Source of the DNA: Moniliella sp. 'wahieum'
Taxonomy: Eukaryota
Direction: 5' to 3'
NCBI GenBank assembly: GCA_003971905.1
Contig: RSEE01000025.1
Location: 682,001-746,000, forward strand
DNA: 64,000 nucleotides
Shown here: in pieces, positions 49,139-63,509 of the stretch
Layout: each line of letters opens with the position of its first letter
Numbering within the stretch: the stretch's first letter is position 1
The notes under the pieces: generated by a model
Told to the model about the DNA's origin: nothing
What the model saw: only the letters and a program-made list of their open reading frames with translations
The model's database searches: none
Translations under genes and position numbers: made by a program

Positions 49139-52100
49139 ATGTGTGACTCCCAGGCGGCAAACCCGCCTTCTTCGTATATACCCGTCTCCCGAGCAGGCGA
49201 GGCATCCAGATTGGATGCGGGGACATCCTGCCATGCGCTGCCCATGCCCATGCCTCTGGGTTTGACTGCGTCCAACGCGCATGCATTCGACAACCCCATC
49301 ACGCTTGCACTGCAGATGTCCGGCATGTATGCCCAACAGCAGCTGCAACAAAGTCAGCTCCAATACCAACCACACCACTATCCTCGCCAGCTGGATCCAC
49401 AACCACAGTCCAACATCCAACTGTGGGCTCCTGAATTCGCCGGCGTGAATGCTGGTCTCGACGTATCATCCATCCTCACCAGCTACCATCATCGCGGCGA
49501 CCTCAGTCTTCCCACACCCCTTACGTCAACCATATCCGGATGCGGCCGTGCCCGTCGGCATGGCCTCGAACTTTGTTTCCACTCCTCTTGCTCCCAACTT
49601 TTCTCTCCCAGCCCACAGCTCCCCAACTTTGTTCCATCTCCTATCTCCGTACCTGCTTCCACCCCAGGCCTTTCCACGTCACCAGCGCTTTCCCTTGCAA
49701 CCCCCCCACCATCTGCATCTCCCCGGAACGGTTGGTCCTTTCCCCAACCGTCTCCCCCAGTGCACCCGCATCCCAACCCCTATGTTCAAGGCCCACTCTT
49801 GCCGGATTCTAGTGGTTTCGCGATTAGCTCTAGCCTGGATGATATGCAGTGCCGCCGCACTGGGCGCACTTGTTTCCTCATCCTCGAGTGTCCCCCTTGC
49901 CAAGACACCAGATGCCGCAACACCACCACCACCACTAGGTCCAGCGAGCACGGTCGACCAGGTTCCGTCGGCATATAAGGATGATCCTGCAAGGGCGGCT
50001 GCATGCTCAGCCGCTGGTTCGCAGACCTCATCACTGTCTGCCATGCAGACGAGTGGGTCCCACTCTCGTTCCGTGGATTCGACAATGTTCGATTCGGAGC
50101 GACGACGAAACTCCAGTGCTCTGTCCACTGGGTTTCCTGCCTTTTTCGACAAGCACATGCGCCAGCAACTCGAGAAACGGGGCCAAGTCGGCTTGTCCCC
50201 GCAGCAGCTGCAGACCTTGGCGCAGCAGCAGCAGCGCTTATATCATGCGTGGTGCCTAAGGCATACGCAACAACTACATGCACTGCAGCAACAGCATGCA
50301 CAGAAGTCGCAACCGCAGGGACAACCGCAGGCGCAATCACAGGCGCAACAGCAGGCGCAATCAAACGGGCAACAGCAGGCGCCACCACAGGCACAAACGA
50401 AACTGCAAAGGATATCGCGAACCAAACGGCGAAACAAGCCGGAAACGCAACCAGAAACTCGGCACGCCTCGCCACCGAAGCAGCATAACCAGCAGCAGCA
50501 AGCACCTCCTGTGTCACTAGCCCCTGATTGTGGTGATTCCGCCGCATCTGGTCCTATTTCCTCTCCTCCAAACGTCTCCCCCAAAGCTTCTCCACCCAAG
50601 CGCCTGCACCAGGTGCTTTGTGATGCGTTGGATCGTCTTGCTGCCGTTGAAGTGAATGACGAGATGAGACGCGCGGGAAAGTTTTGGATTCCATTTCGTT
50701 GTCAAACTCCGTGTCGTTACTGCATCTGGTTCAACAACCAAGGATGCTACGACATATGCGCACTTGGCTGCAAGACCTCCACCCGATCGACGGAACGAGT
50801 GAGTTGGAGCGGTATCCACGTGTTTCACAACAACTACCAGCTATACTGGAAAGGATGGTTCGCACTGTCATCCAAGCGCCTTCGGTTCCGGATTGGGTTT
50901 CTCAGGATATCGCCGGCCTTCAAATAACGGGGTGAAAGGCATGCGGCCTGCCCTGAACAAGAAATGTGAGTTCCCCTCCTGTTGTGTGTTCTGTGTGAGA
51001 GGGTCCCGTACGGGATGGCCGCCGTGGCCGTCGGTTATTGATGGCTGCGGCCGCAGTTTTGGAACGAGAAATAAATGTGCTCGTCAAATTGGGACGAGGG
51101 ATCAAAATTCTAATTCGTTGTACTGCCCCCGTGCCAGGTCCTCTCAGACACGTGGCACACTGCCCCAATGCGGAGCGCATACTGACTTGGCCTGCGTCGC
51201 CATTTTGCCTGTGTGATTTGTGCAGTTGACGACCAACTGTCCCACTTGCTGAATGCGTGGGACGATGCCCACCCTGACGCAACCACCACCACCTCCAAAT
51301 CTCGTTCGCCGCAAGCATCCCTCGATGTGCCCGCTACATCTTCGGTGTCCACTAAGCGCAAGCGGAGCGACCCTCCTGCGGTAACCAGCGCCAAGAAACC
51401 CAAGCTCCCGGAGATTGTGACGAAGCCCGTTTCCCCCAGCTCTCGGGTGGCGGCCCCCAAGCTTCCCCTCGCTCCCAAGAAGGGCGCCACCAATGCACCG
51501 TGTCCAGTGCAGAGGGAGTAAACGGAAAAGGACTGTATCACCACTATCACCACCGCCTTATCCTCAGCGCAGCCAGTGCAACTTGACGGCGATGGACAAG
51601 CGTGCGCTTGCCGAGGACGAGAAGCGCCAGCTCTCCGCTGCCCGGCAGGCTCTGGTCAAGAAGCATCGCCAGGCTCGTTTGTCTAAGGACATAAAGGAGC
51701 CCACCAAGGTGACAGGGAGGAAAGAGGCGGCTCCTTCAGGGGAAGCAGTTGCAAAACCCAATCCCTCCACCCAGCCTCGTCCCTCTCGGGTGGGCCCGGC
51801 GGGGTCGAGGCAGGATCGTCCAAGCCTAAACCAGTTACCCTCCTTCCGCAAGGTCTCACCTACCGGGGCACAGAAGGCGCCTGGCATGATGGGGATTGGG
51901 TTTCTGGACGCACTTCTCCGGCACACCAAGGAATCTGCCGAGTCCCCTTTGCCACCTCCCAAGGAACCTTCTCGCACTTCCAATGCGAAGGATCCCACTC
52001 CTCCCGAAACCAAGACAAGGGAAGCTTGTCCCAAGAGGGAAGTTGTCCCAAGAGGGAAGCTTGTCCCAAGAGGGAAGCTTGTCCCAAGAGGGAAGCTTGT

Positions 52101-52877
52101 CCCAAGTTAGGCCGCAGGTGGGGGACAACGCCTTCGAAAATGGCCACTGCCCCTACAAAGTCCACTGGCGTGTCGGTTTGCAAGGGGTAGAGAGCTGGTT
52201 TCGTACCGGACCCTACCGAAGCGAGACTATGCGCAGTACCATCCTTGGTGGCTTGCCGCGACTGGGAGCCGGGTATGAAGACCGCGCCCGTACCGAGTTG
52301 ATCAGCCACCCCTTTTCTCCAGTTCAGGAGTGCCACTGAAGCAGAATGACCAGTTCATCTCTTCTTCCTTTCAGGCAAGGATGCTGATGGGCATCATATG
52401 GTTCAGCGTGCCGAAGAGTTGAAGGGGGGGAAAGGGAGACGTGTGGAGGAGGTTGTGGAGCCAAGGAGAGAGAGGAGAGGGCGGAGAGAGGAAGGGGCAG
52501 GAGAGCGAGAAGGGGGAATTGGAGGAAGGTGAATTGGAAGAGGGGGAATTGGAAGAGTCTGATACCGACGGATTCCTCCCTTCACTCTCGGATCCTCTTA
52601 CCCCTCCGACTCTCCCAGGACCAGAAGAAGATCCAGCACCTTTGACCCCGACTCGCCCAAGCCGGAGGCAGATCCACCTTTGACTCCCACTCGCCCAAGC
52701 CCAGAGGCAGACCCAGCACCTTTGACCCCGACTCGCCCAGGACCAGAAGAAGACCCAACGCATATGCAAGGCGTCACACTGGACTTACGCACCCCATCCA
52801 AGGCGGCAATACCGTCCTCAACGGTCCCTTCATCGCCACCGCCTCTTCGGGTTATGGCACACCCCTGTCGTGCTTGA
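49139..52877 (+). CDS. Large low-complexity nuclear protein (Gln-rich, helical domain, NLS, internal repeats); possibly PNUTS/Ppn1-like
   Basis: Chain of long frameshifted ORFs, an intron starting GTGAGT near 50966, NLS-like KRKRSD..AKKPK, an 18-nt repeat and ELEEGE repeats. Confidence 0.5.
52019..52107 (+). repeat. 18-bp tandem repeat GGGAAGCTTGTCCCAAGA x5
   Basis: Read directly. One unit lacks a C. Confidence 0.9.
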
Positions 52878-55247
52878 ATATGTAAATCGGCGAGGGGAAG
52901 AAAGTCAGCTCGCCCCTTTGGATGTAGACATTCCCTGGGCCATGGGAAGGACGGCACAACTCCTGGATCTGTCTAATCCATATGCCTTCAAGGTAATCCG
53001 TATGTGTGTCAAGCCACAAGTCCCGCTTCATGCAGCGTTTTGTTGATCCGACTAGGCATGGCAGCAGATGGAAGAAAGAAAATATGCAGGGTGGAAAGCG
53101 TGTGGGCGGAACTCATGCTCCGCGTCCGTGTGAGAGCTTGACAGCGATCAAATCTGGAGGCGAGCGAATCGAGCACAAGTAGGACCTGCTGTGGAGACCG
53201 GCGCCTCTCATTGATGTCACGGTTACCCTCCCAAGGTTCTTGCAGACCCGAAACCCACAAGTGCATAGGCCAGAGAGGCCATTAACCCCACCATTCGCCT
53301 AAGCTTAACCGCGACAGACCCTCATCATAACACGCAACAAGTTCACGCCGGATAATGGCATTTGTTGACTTGGCCCCAAATCTTTCCAACTCTCCAGACC
53401 TCGATGGCATATATGAAAGGTGCATTGAAGCACCGTGGCGGTTCACAGGCGGAGTATACCCCGGCTTGCAGCGCGTATCCCTCCAGAGCTCCATTATGAG
53501 GGGCTCACACATAACGTCCCACACTGGTCGCATGCCACAGCGCCATCAACGGGTCATCCGCCGGAAAAGGTACTAACTATTGCACATGTTTTATACGCGG
53601 GGCCATGAGGCGCCCCAAGGACAATGAGGCTCACATGGCGCTCTTCACGCGCATGAGGATGCTCAACAATCATCGACATCGAAACTCCTGGAGGTCGAGC
53701 TGAGGAAACCCCTCTGCGCAGCGGCTCCTGGAGACAGAGCCGCTTGAGATGGAGTCTTAATCAGATGTAGATAAGCCTCCACATGCTCTTTTCAAGCTCC
53801 AAGCTTCAGGCTGCAAGCTTCATGCTTCAGGCTGCAAGTTTGAAGCTGCAAGCTTCAAGCTTCAAGCGCTTCAAGGCCTCCAGTCTTATCTTGTCACATC
53901 AAGAATGCATCGCAATCACCTCAGATCTGCCCTCTTAGGATGCCCAAGGCACGGGATGGCATCAATTCGCTGGCCTCGTCAGATCAAACACGAAGTAGTC
54001 CTAGTCATTTAGTAGTCACGTGTACCTTGAAGCTAGTCGTGGTTACTAGTTACTAGTTACTTGTCACTTTAGCAGTACCTTTTGCATGTCGAATTCACGT
54101 GTGGACAACAACTTCATCCAGACATACGTGCATGTCCTGCTTCAAACGCTACTCTCAGATCTCAACGTCGGAGTATCAGATCTGCAATATGAGACGAACA
54201 CATGAAGCTGCGCTTTCCGTTCCTTTTTGCTATCGATGCCATCAATGGCCTTGATGCATTAGTCGAGGGATGCAGGTGGGCTCTCTCCTGTTGCTGTTGC
54301 GGCTGTTGCTGCTATAGCACCTGTTGCGCCTGGTGTGTAGCACCACGGCTTCTCTCTCCTAAAATGTGTCGCCTGTCAATTATAGCAGAGTAGGTTGAAA
54401 AGCGCGTAGTAAGCAATTGGGCTGGACGCCAAAAAAGGTCCTGAGTTGCTCGCGCATCAACTATTAGCAACTGGTCTTCTATATCTGGATTGGATCGAAC
54501 AAACAGCCCTACCAGAGGAACTCGATGAGCGAGCCAGTGGGAGGCGCAACATATCGTTATCCATGCCTTAGCTCTGTAAATGACATTATGGATATACAAC
54601 ACTGTGTCAGACCTAAGGCGTGGCTCAGGACTCACACAGGTTTTTCGAGAGGGCCAACCAGATTGTGGTCCGGCAGGTGCGCTGTCAAAGAAAAAAACTG
54701 GCGGTTTTGTGTGAGAAAAGATGCGTCCTGAGAACCTGGGGTGGGGCAAGTTCGGAATAGGAATGAGTCACTACCTTTCCGGGACACGAATAAGAGTGCG
54801 ATAGTGCTGTAATATGCATGCCACATGGTGTCAGAATACCCAGGACGAGTTTGAGATGAACGTCCATATTGCTTTCCCAGTCAATATCTGTTCGCTTTTC
54901 TCACTCTGCCGAGACATGTTTTTGACCCCGGAAAATCGCCACAGCAGGTTATGCATTATGCGCGACCGGAGGATGCACGGTTCTGGAGACGACAGCTCCA
55001 CACGCAAGGCTGAAGGCTATTGCCCATACACCGAGCGCCGACTAAGAGTTGTTCGCATGCGAGCAAGCGACATCTCTCTACTGTTATATAAGTCCAACCT
55101 ATCCGTGTAGTAGTTGTATCTCGTTCCCTACACCGTCCGCCACACCAAGCGACCCTTTTCATCGAGTAAGTACAAGCGGTCCAATTTCCCTTTTTGTTTT
55201 CATGGTTCCGACTGAGCATTAACGCTAGTACCTCACTTTCCGTCAGT

Positions 55248-56957
55248 ATGGTCCACATTGCGGCTGAACCACTACCAAACTCCACCGGCTTGAGGGCGAC
55301 GCCCAGCCACAGGACATGGAAAAAGCTCCATTTGATGAGCCCCAGGCACACCAACCGACACATGCTCTTCCAAAGGAGACCTGGATATGACCTACGAGAA
55401 CGAGGACGAACTGACGCCCAAGAACGGGGGGGTTCTGCGGATCAAGTGCTGTGCATTCATGGCCATTATCCCTGGTCTGAGCTTCTCACTCCAGTTCATG
55501 GACAAGTCATGCGTTGCTGCAGCCTCGGTTATGGGCATGCGCAAGGATCTGCATATGGTTGGCGACAAATATTCCTGGACCGCTTCCAGTTACTTCATTG
55601 GCTACATGGTGTGCAACATTCCATTTGCCCTGTTTTTGCTTCAGAAGGCGGGTCCTCGCTGGAACGGCGTATCGCTGCTATGCTGGGGCATTGTTGTCGC
55701 CTGCAGCGCTGGCGCTCAAAGTTTTGGTGGGTTCATTGCGTGCCGTGTTTTGCTGGGTATGATGGAGAGCGTGTGCGAACCAACGATTACCGTCATGACC
55801 CACCAGTGGACGCCTCCCGACGAACACTTCGCTTGGATTGAAACCTGGTTCTCATGGAATGGTTTGTTGGCATCTTCCTCAACGCGGTCGGTTACGGATT
55901 GTACAGAGGACAGGTACACCATGAGTACACCATGGCCGGATGGCGAATCCTTTTCCTCATCTTGGGCTTGATCAGCATGCTCGCGGCGCTCGTGTATATC
56001 TTTGTGTACGTTGAGATCCTTTGCAAAATAACCCTCTCAGATTTCGAAGAGTGTTTTTTGGTACCTTCTTCAATACTAACCTTACAACACACTTCTCAGG
56101 GTTCCCAACAGTCCGCAAGACGCTTGGTTCCTCAACGAGAAGGAAAAGCGAGCGATGCGCAAGACCGATGTCGGTGAGAAGCACAAGTTTAAGCGTACGG
56201 ACATTGAATGGTACCAGATTAAAGAATCCCTGACCACGGATCTGCACAAAACCATCTTTTTGTTCCTGGCCATTTTCTGCAACTCGTTGAATGGTGGTGC
56301 GGTCAACACCTTCATCTCTCTCATCATCAAAACGTTTGTCGTGCAGGGCAATCGCCACTTGACGAACTTGCAGGCCAACGAACGCTCGCTGCTCTATGGA
56401 ATGATCCCTAGTGCGATCAAGGCTGCTGGGTGCGCGATCATTGCGGTGTTGGCACTTAATGGCTTCATGAAACGCTACCGTTTCTTCTATATCCTCATCT
56501 TCTGCCCTTCACGTTGCGGCTGCGTTTATGCTCACGTACGGCACTCACAATAAGAAAAGGCGGGTTCGAGCAGTGCCAATGTTTCTCTGGCTGGTACGTC
56601 ACAACTTTTCGCTCGAAGTCGCCCACGGCGGCATCATCTCTTTGGTCGCTTCCAACACCCAGGGCCGCACCAAGAAAATCCTTTGTCAACGGCGTCACGC
56701 TCCTGGCATTTGGCCTGGGCAACGTGCTGGGACCCAAGTGATCTTCAAGGCGTCCAAGCTCAAGAGCGGGCATTGGGGAGCAGGCCAAGCAGCTAATGCT
56801 GCCCTCTCTGTAGTCTCGTTTGCGGTCCTGGTCTTCCTCTACATCTCGTATGTAGTGTGGAACAAGATTCGTGACAAGAAGAACGAAAAGTTGCCCGAGG
56901 GCGCTGACCCGACCTTTTGACCGACGGTGAAAACCCGAGTTCCGCTACCACCTCTAA
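55248..56957 (+). CDS. MFS anion:cation symporter, DAL5/allantoate-permease-like; intron 56006-56099; 5'UTR intron about 55166-55246
   Basis: LQFMDK, YSWTASSYFIGY, ACRVLLGMMES, WFSWNG, GWRILFLILG, WFLNEKEK, SNTQGRTKK, and C-terminal LTDGENPEFRYHL. Confidence 0.9.
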
Positions 56958-57394
56958 GACCTAAGCCTTTGTGTTCTTCTCATCATCGCTTCACATCCGA
57001 TTGGCTGTGGTGTTACTTTATTTTGTGCTGGGAAAAAGGTTGGTGAGCACAGCTGTTTAACCTCTGCCCTCGATACTCTACTAACTACTTCTACTACTAT
57101 CACTACCACTATCCCTGCTGTGAAAAGTTTTGGCAATGACACTGTATAGGTTGTTGGCGAAGAGAACGCGAGCAGTCTTAATTGCTTTAATAGTTGTGTG
57201 AAACCTAGTGGAGAGGTCCTCGGCAGCTTTCCTACGGTTCGATCCGTTTGCGCTAACACCTGCACTACTCTAAAACCGCGTGCTAACCATAACCACCTCT
57301 TCGCAGTGCACATAAATGAGATTCCACAAGAACGTATCGACCTGGGCCTGAAGTATACAGAAAAGATGCGAAGGAAAAAGAGTATTGAGGAGAA

Positions 57395-60300
57395 CTACTT
57401 AGTAGCCATGTTGCACTGCTGCCCGCCCACCAGCCTGGGCTGGAACCTAATCGTGCTGTTGCTCAAAGAAAGCGACGCGAGCGGCCAAACCAGAGCCTTG
57501 CCGCTTCTTCTCCACGCCTTCTTGTCCGTCGGGGGACGTTGGGGCGAGGCGAGGCGCGAGGGGCTGCGCCGGGCCCAGGGGCTTACGACGCGGGGGGCAC
57601 CAGCACCTTGGCTTGCCTGAGCAGATCGGGGAGGGGGCGACGTGGTCTCCCACCTAATGTGGGACGTTGGCGCCGGCGCCGACGCGCGCAGCGCAGGCCG
57701 ACCCTGCATCCCTTGCATCCCAGGAAGGGCTCGTCCAAACTTAGGTGGCGCAGCAGGCTGCACGTCGGCCGCGGCGAGGACGAGGCGGCATCCGAAGCGG
57801 TCAGGGAAGGTTTCTTGTTCAGGTTGAGCGGTGTCACTGCCCCAGTCCGGCCTACTGCACCCCGATCCCGCTCTGCCACCGGAGAGGAAATGGGCTGAGA
57901 CCCAGGCCGAGGCGAGTGCGGCGCTACCCCAACTCTTCCGCCAGATCCGCTTCGATCGACCAATCGTCCGGGACGTCGAGAGGACTCGTGCTTGGTCCGC
58001 CGCGCAGGGCCGGGTCCGAATGGCCTTGCGGAGCAGTAGGGGCGCTGATAGGAGCAGCTTGGGCATAGGCTGGGTGACCACGAGGTCCACCAGTTGTCCT
58101 TGGTACCTTCTTGCTCGTCTCGCTCTCCGCAGAGTACTCGCTTGCCCCATCCGTGAGAGCGGCAAGGGAGAAGGACAGTTCAGCTTCCTTTGAAGGATCG
58201 TGTTGAGGAGCGCCTTGGAGCACCGCCTCCGCCTCCAATTGTGAGAGCGTGCGCGCCTCGGCCAACGCATTCCGCAAAAGTGCAGATGCACTTTGGTCTT
58301 CTTCCTCCTCTGGCGCAGGAGGCTGCAGCTGCCTCCCGTCCTTCTCGGGGGGTGCGCCACGATCCTCAGCAGCGGCAGCCGCAGCGGCGCTGGCAGCCGC
58401 ACCAAGCCGCCGGGGGGGCAACGGCCGGCCCATAGATGGCTGGGGAGGAAGAGGCGAGGCCGTGCGGGACGGGTAGTCGCGTCGTGGGGTAGTGTGCGCC
58501 GTCGTCGGGGCCGAGACAGCAAGCGGGATAGAGCTGAGTACAGGCGTGCCCGGCGCCGGCGCGCCGAGTGCACTCGTAAACCTGGGACGACCCGTCGGGC
58601 TTACGCTTACAGCGTCCGACGAAGGCTGAACTGGGTTGCCGGGTCTGCAGGCTGGGGCGTTTCCGGTTCCGTACGGGCGGGGTAGGGCGATGCTCGGCCC
58701 GCCAGGTTGATCTCCCTCGCTGGGCCAGCAGGATTGGTGGGGACATGCACTTTGAGCGGTGTGACAGGCGGTATGTCGGCAGGGGCGGATCCGCGCCGGT
58801 TCGTGGCTAGACGAATGTCTTCCAACGCAGCACGGGCAGCAGTAAGTTCTTCGGTAGCACGTCCCAGTTGGCCAATCTCATGTTTCATCAGCCGTGTCAT
58901 CTGTTCCACCCACATGTCCATCTCGGCGCTGCCGGTAGTCGAGACGCTGGTCCCACTGGCTTCGGACCGGAAAGTGTCCGTACCACGTTTGCGCCCAGCG
59001 GCGGCAAATGACATTTGCGCATCCTTCTCCACGTCCACCACCCGCATCTTCAGCTCGCGTAGCAGCGGGACAGCGTACCTCTCAAATCGGTAGAAACGGG
59101 CCATCATATCGTCCAGCGCTTGGGGAGGTGCGGATCTTGCCAGCCTGCTACGTGGGGCAACGGCCCGGAGCCAGGAGTCAAACCGGACCCTTGCGCTGGG
59201 TTGGCGCGCGCTTCGGTGGCCGTCGTAGCTGATGGTGCTGCTGAGAGAGGGCGGGAATGCGCAGCGCCACCAGCAGGAGGCGGATGGGCAGTTGACTTGC
59301 TTTCTGCCGAGACTACCCGCCCCGGTGACGGCGGCACTGGAGTCAAGCTCCGCATTGCTTGGCCTTGTTGTTCGTGCGGAGCGGGCAGAGGCGTCGTGGC
59401 ACGGTAGGCCGGGCCCGTGGGCGTGGTCGGGATGTGGTCCTTGAACGGAGAGGGGGAACGCGACGCAAGAGGAGGAGGGGTAGACTCTCTCTGCACCTGA
59501 GTGGGGGCAGGCACAAAGGCTGGACCCTCCTCGGCATGGGAAACCCAACTTTCCTCGGCCGTACGGTCACCCTCCTCAGACCACTCGCCCTGGTCCACCT
59601 CGCCATGCCCGACGCGCTGGGACTTGACGTGCTGCAGACCAGAGGAGGATTGGACGTGGACAGGCGATTGGGAGACACGCGCAACTCGTTCCCCATTGGT
59701 ACCTAGGTGTTGTTCCAGGCGAGACAGGGGCCTGAGACTCCTCCACATTCGGACCGGGGGGTTTCCAGCATTCCCACCCCAGAGTGTTTTCCACGCGCCG
59801 GCCAATTGCGCCGCGGGGCTCCGCACCCGGCCGGTCACATCCGCATCGGCGGTGCTGACACTTCCTAGCGTCGTTTCACTCACATCATCCGCTTGCATCG
59901 GCCAACCGGGGGGCTCGCGTGGAACTGGAGTATGAGCAGGTGCAGGCGCAGGCGTAGGCGCAGACCGAGTGGCACTGGGGAGGGGCAAGGGCTGGTCCTC
60001 GAGCGCGTACCGGGCGATCCTTTGTTCGGGTGAACTGGGTGGCCGGTCCTGGAGAATGTAGCGCGTCTGCCCGTCCCCTTCGGACGATGGCGTGGGAGCG
60101 GGGAGGGTATCGGTGCGGGCGCAGGAGATGGGGCTGGGGCTGGCGCAAAAGCGAGGGGGCGGTGGGGTGAGACGGGCGAGAAGGAGGGCCCGGGGGCAGA
60201 GGGAAGAGGCCGGCGTGCGGGGGAGGGGCTGCGAGCGCGGGCGGCAGCACGGGCAGCAAAGATGGACGTGGGAGCCGGGTGGGGGGGAGGTTGCGGGGAG

Positions 60301-61071
60301 GGTGCTTCTGCGCGCGACCAGGGGCGGGGGGGCACGTCGTGCCCGGCTGGTGTGGTGGGACGGCTGCCCATCGGGCGAGCGGCGATGGGGGACGGGGGCT
60401 GGGCGGCGGCGGCCATGGCGGGGGATGCGCACGAGGTGGTCGATTGCAACGGCAATGGCGAGGGAGCGCGCGAGGGCGAAGGTGAGGGTGAAGGTGAGGG
60501 CGAAGGCGAGGGCGTTTTGCGTTTGAACGCATTGGCCTGGATGGAGGGGCGGGGCGAGTGGGACATGCGTGGCGACGGCGAGCGTGGCGAGGCAGCTGAA
60601 GGCGTTGGGGTCGGGGACGGGACGCGGGCACGGGCGCGGGCGCAGGCGCGCGAGGAGACGAGAAGCCGTACCCTGTCCCACCCCCAGGGCCGCCAGGGGG
60701 CACACCCAATGCCGATCCGTAGCCAATGCCGCCACCGGGCCCGCCCAGGGGCACAGCCAAGGCGGCGCCGGGCGAGGGCGAAGGGGCGCACGCACGCCAC
60801 CGGGGTCGCGCACGACGCTCTTGACGACGAAGCTGCCCTGGGAGGTGGCGGAGGCGTTGGACGCGCGGCGGGAGCGGGGCTTGAGGCTGCCGAGGAAGCT
60901 GCGGACGCTGCGGCCGGAGCGGGCACTGACGGCGCTGAGGGCGCTGCGGGCGCTGCGGCCGGAGCGGATGGAGGCGCGGTCGGACTCGGAGTCGTCGTCG
61001 TCGGAGGCGTTGGGGGACGCGCGGTGGAGGAAGGCGCTGAGGCGGCGGCGGCGGTCGCGGGGACGGTCCAT
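57395..61071 (-). CDS. Large Ser/Pro/Arg-rich hypothetical protein with a coiled-coil core (frameshifted)
   Basis: Continuous chain of long ORFs with an ordered segment PPQALDDMMARFYRFERYAVPLLRELKMRVVDVEKDA..EMDMWVEQMTRLMKHEIGQL. Confidence 0.65.
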
Positions 61072-61788
61072 CGGGGAGGCAGGGGGAGTGGTGGTGGTGG
61101 TGGTGGTGGTGGTGGTGGTGGTGGTGGTTAGGGTCTGCGTCCCAAGTGACACGCGCGGCGCAGGTGCCAGACACTGGCGCCGTGCGGCCGGTGGTTGGTC
61201 CAGCTTCTACCAGCGCTCCTTGCAGCGCAGGAGCATCACCCATCATGCATCATGCATCATGCATGGTCAGCCTCCCCAGCAGTGCTTGGCGACTGGGTTC
61301 GAATCCGAGGGTGGCCATTTGTTTTGGGGACACATGTGATGTGAGAGCCGTGCGACACGTGGCAGGTGATGATGATTACCGCCTCGGCACGTCAGCGTCA
61401 GCGTCAGCTAGCTGGTCGACTCATCGATCGTCTCTGTCTGGATGGTCGATGGCCCATCGTAACGTGAATATTGAATGTTCAATCGCTGCGCCGTGTCCGC
61501 GTGTCCGCCGTGCTCCGCCGCGCACGGGCCGCTGCTTCTTCTCCGCTATCACGAATGGAGCAATGCTTAAGCGCCTTAAGCACTTTATCCGTCCGGAGCA
61601 CATCTCATCCATGCCCGATAACCGGTAACCGATAACCAGTCACGCCACAGCCGCCCGAGTGTCATCGTCATCGTCATCGTCATCGTCTTCGTCTTCGTCA
61701 GCGTCACCGAGCACGCAGACGCAGACGGAGCTCGCCCCTCCCCTCCCCTCCCCTCCCCCACCCCACCATCCCCCGCTGCGTCTGCGCC

Positions 61789-63185
61789 ATGCCGCTGCCC
61801 CCACCCGCCCTCGCCACCGCCCTCATCCACGTCGATGACCCCGCCCACCCTCCTACGGCCAGGGCCGCACCAACACGCTCGGCGCAACGCGCCCATTGCG
61901 CCCAGCCTCGTCACCTCCACCACCTTCCGTGCCCCCCGCCAGCCACCGACCTGTCCGACCGCCTGCAGAAGCTCGAGATCGATTGGCAGGCCAACGAGCT
62001 TGACGTGTACAGCCGCTGGGACAGCGAGACGCGTCACCGTGCTGAACTGGTGCTGGGTGCACTCCATGGCGAGGGTGCCCAGACGCTGCTCTATGGCTCG
62101 GGCTTGGCCGCTGCCGCCGCTGCCATCACCCACCTTTTCCCCCTCGGTCGTCGCCATTCGCAAGGGGTATCCGGGCGTGCATGGCGCGCTCAAAGCGTAC
62201 GCGCGCGGTCGCAAGCTCACCATTCTCGACCTCGATGATCCCTATCCCACCGTGCCTGTTGACGACCAAGAGCCCATCCCTGGTTCGGACCAGCGGCGCG
62301 GCGGCCTGCTCGTCTGGCTCGAGTGCCCGCTCAACCCTACAGGCGAGGCACGCGATATCCAGCACTACGCCGACCGAGCCCATGCAGTAGGCGGATTCCT
62401 CGTTGTCGACTCGACGTTTGCCCCGCCGCCGCTGCAAAACCCGTTTGCCCAAGCGGCCGACTTGGTGGTACGTTCGTCTCCCCTCTTGCTTTGCTTTTCC
62501 TATTTCGCGTACGCACCCCATCCCAGCGATCTGACCCCCACCCACCCCATGTAGATGCACAGTGGAACGAAGTACTTGGGTGGCCACTCGGACTCCTCGC
62601 TGGGGTTTCGTCACGCGCTCCAAGGCCGTGTGGAACACGCTGTTTGAAGATCGAATCCACCAAGGTGGCGTACCGGGCAACCTGGAGTCGTTCCTGCTGC
62701 TCCGATCGTTGCGTACGCTTCCGCTGCGTGTGGAGCGACAGGCATCTTCGGCGCTCGCGCTGGCTACTTGGCTGCAGTCTGACTGTGCAGGGCGAGGCGG
62801 CGCTCGACCCGCAAGACGCGGCCTTGGGCAAGGGCAAAGTGGTGGACTGGTGTGGCACCCGTCGTTGCAGCCCTGGACCGAGACGCATACCCCCTTTGGA
62901 CGTCAACTCGAGTCGGTCGGATTTGATCCCCGTACCCAGATGCACGGCGGCTTTTCACCTGCTTCTCTCTTCCACCTGGCCCAGACCCACGTCGCAACCC
63001 ACCTCGCCCACAACCCGCTACTTATCCCGGCCACCTCGTTGGGCGGCGTAGAGTCGTTGCTGGAACAGCGCATTGTCGTTAACCCCGACGAAGACCCGGG
63101 CGTGGTGCGTGTCTCGGTCGGGTTGGAGAGTGTGGAGGATCTCAAGGCCGACTTGCGCACCGCATTTCTCACTTTGCTCCAGTAA
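61789..63185 (+). CDS. Cys/Met metabolism PLP-dependent lyase (cystathionine gamma-lyase/synthase family); intron 62468-62554
   Basis: VYSRWD, YGSGLAA, VWLECPLNPTG, LVVDSTFAPP, PLP-Lys motif MHSGTKYLGGHSD, ATSLGGVESLLE and VRVSVGLESVEDLKADL. Confidence 0.92.
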
Positions 63186-63509
63186 CTAGTAATGCCCAAC
63201 CTAGTTGAACGTGACTCGGCTGGTTGCTTCCAGTTGCCTCCTCCTAGTACACTCTTGTGCCGGCACTGTTCCCCCCCACCTGGGTTGCGAGCAGCCTGCA
63301 CATTTGGCCAGTGGTTGGTTACAAACAAAGACGTCTATGGTGCACAAATCATCACTGTGGGTAGCTCGCTGGCTGGTTGGATAGTGGATTCGTTTATTCG
63401 TGTGGGCACATATGAGGGGAAAATATCGAAAACGCTTCGAAGTCGATAGAGAGAGGGTACATGTACATTGGACCAATGGGCCGGCAGGACGACGGGTACC
63501 CTGACGCCC

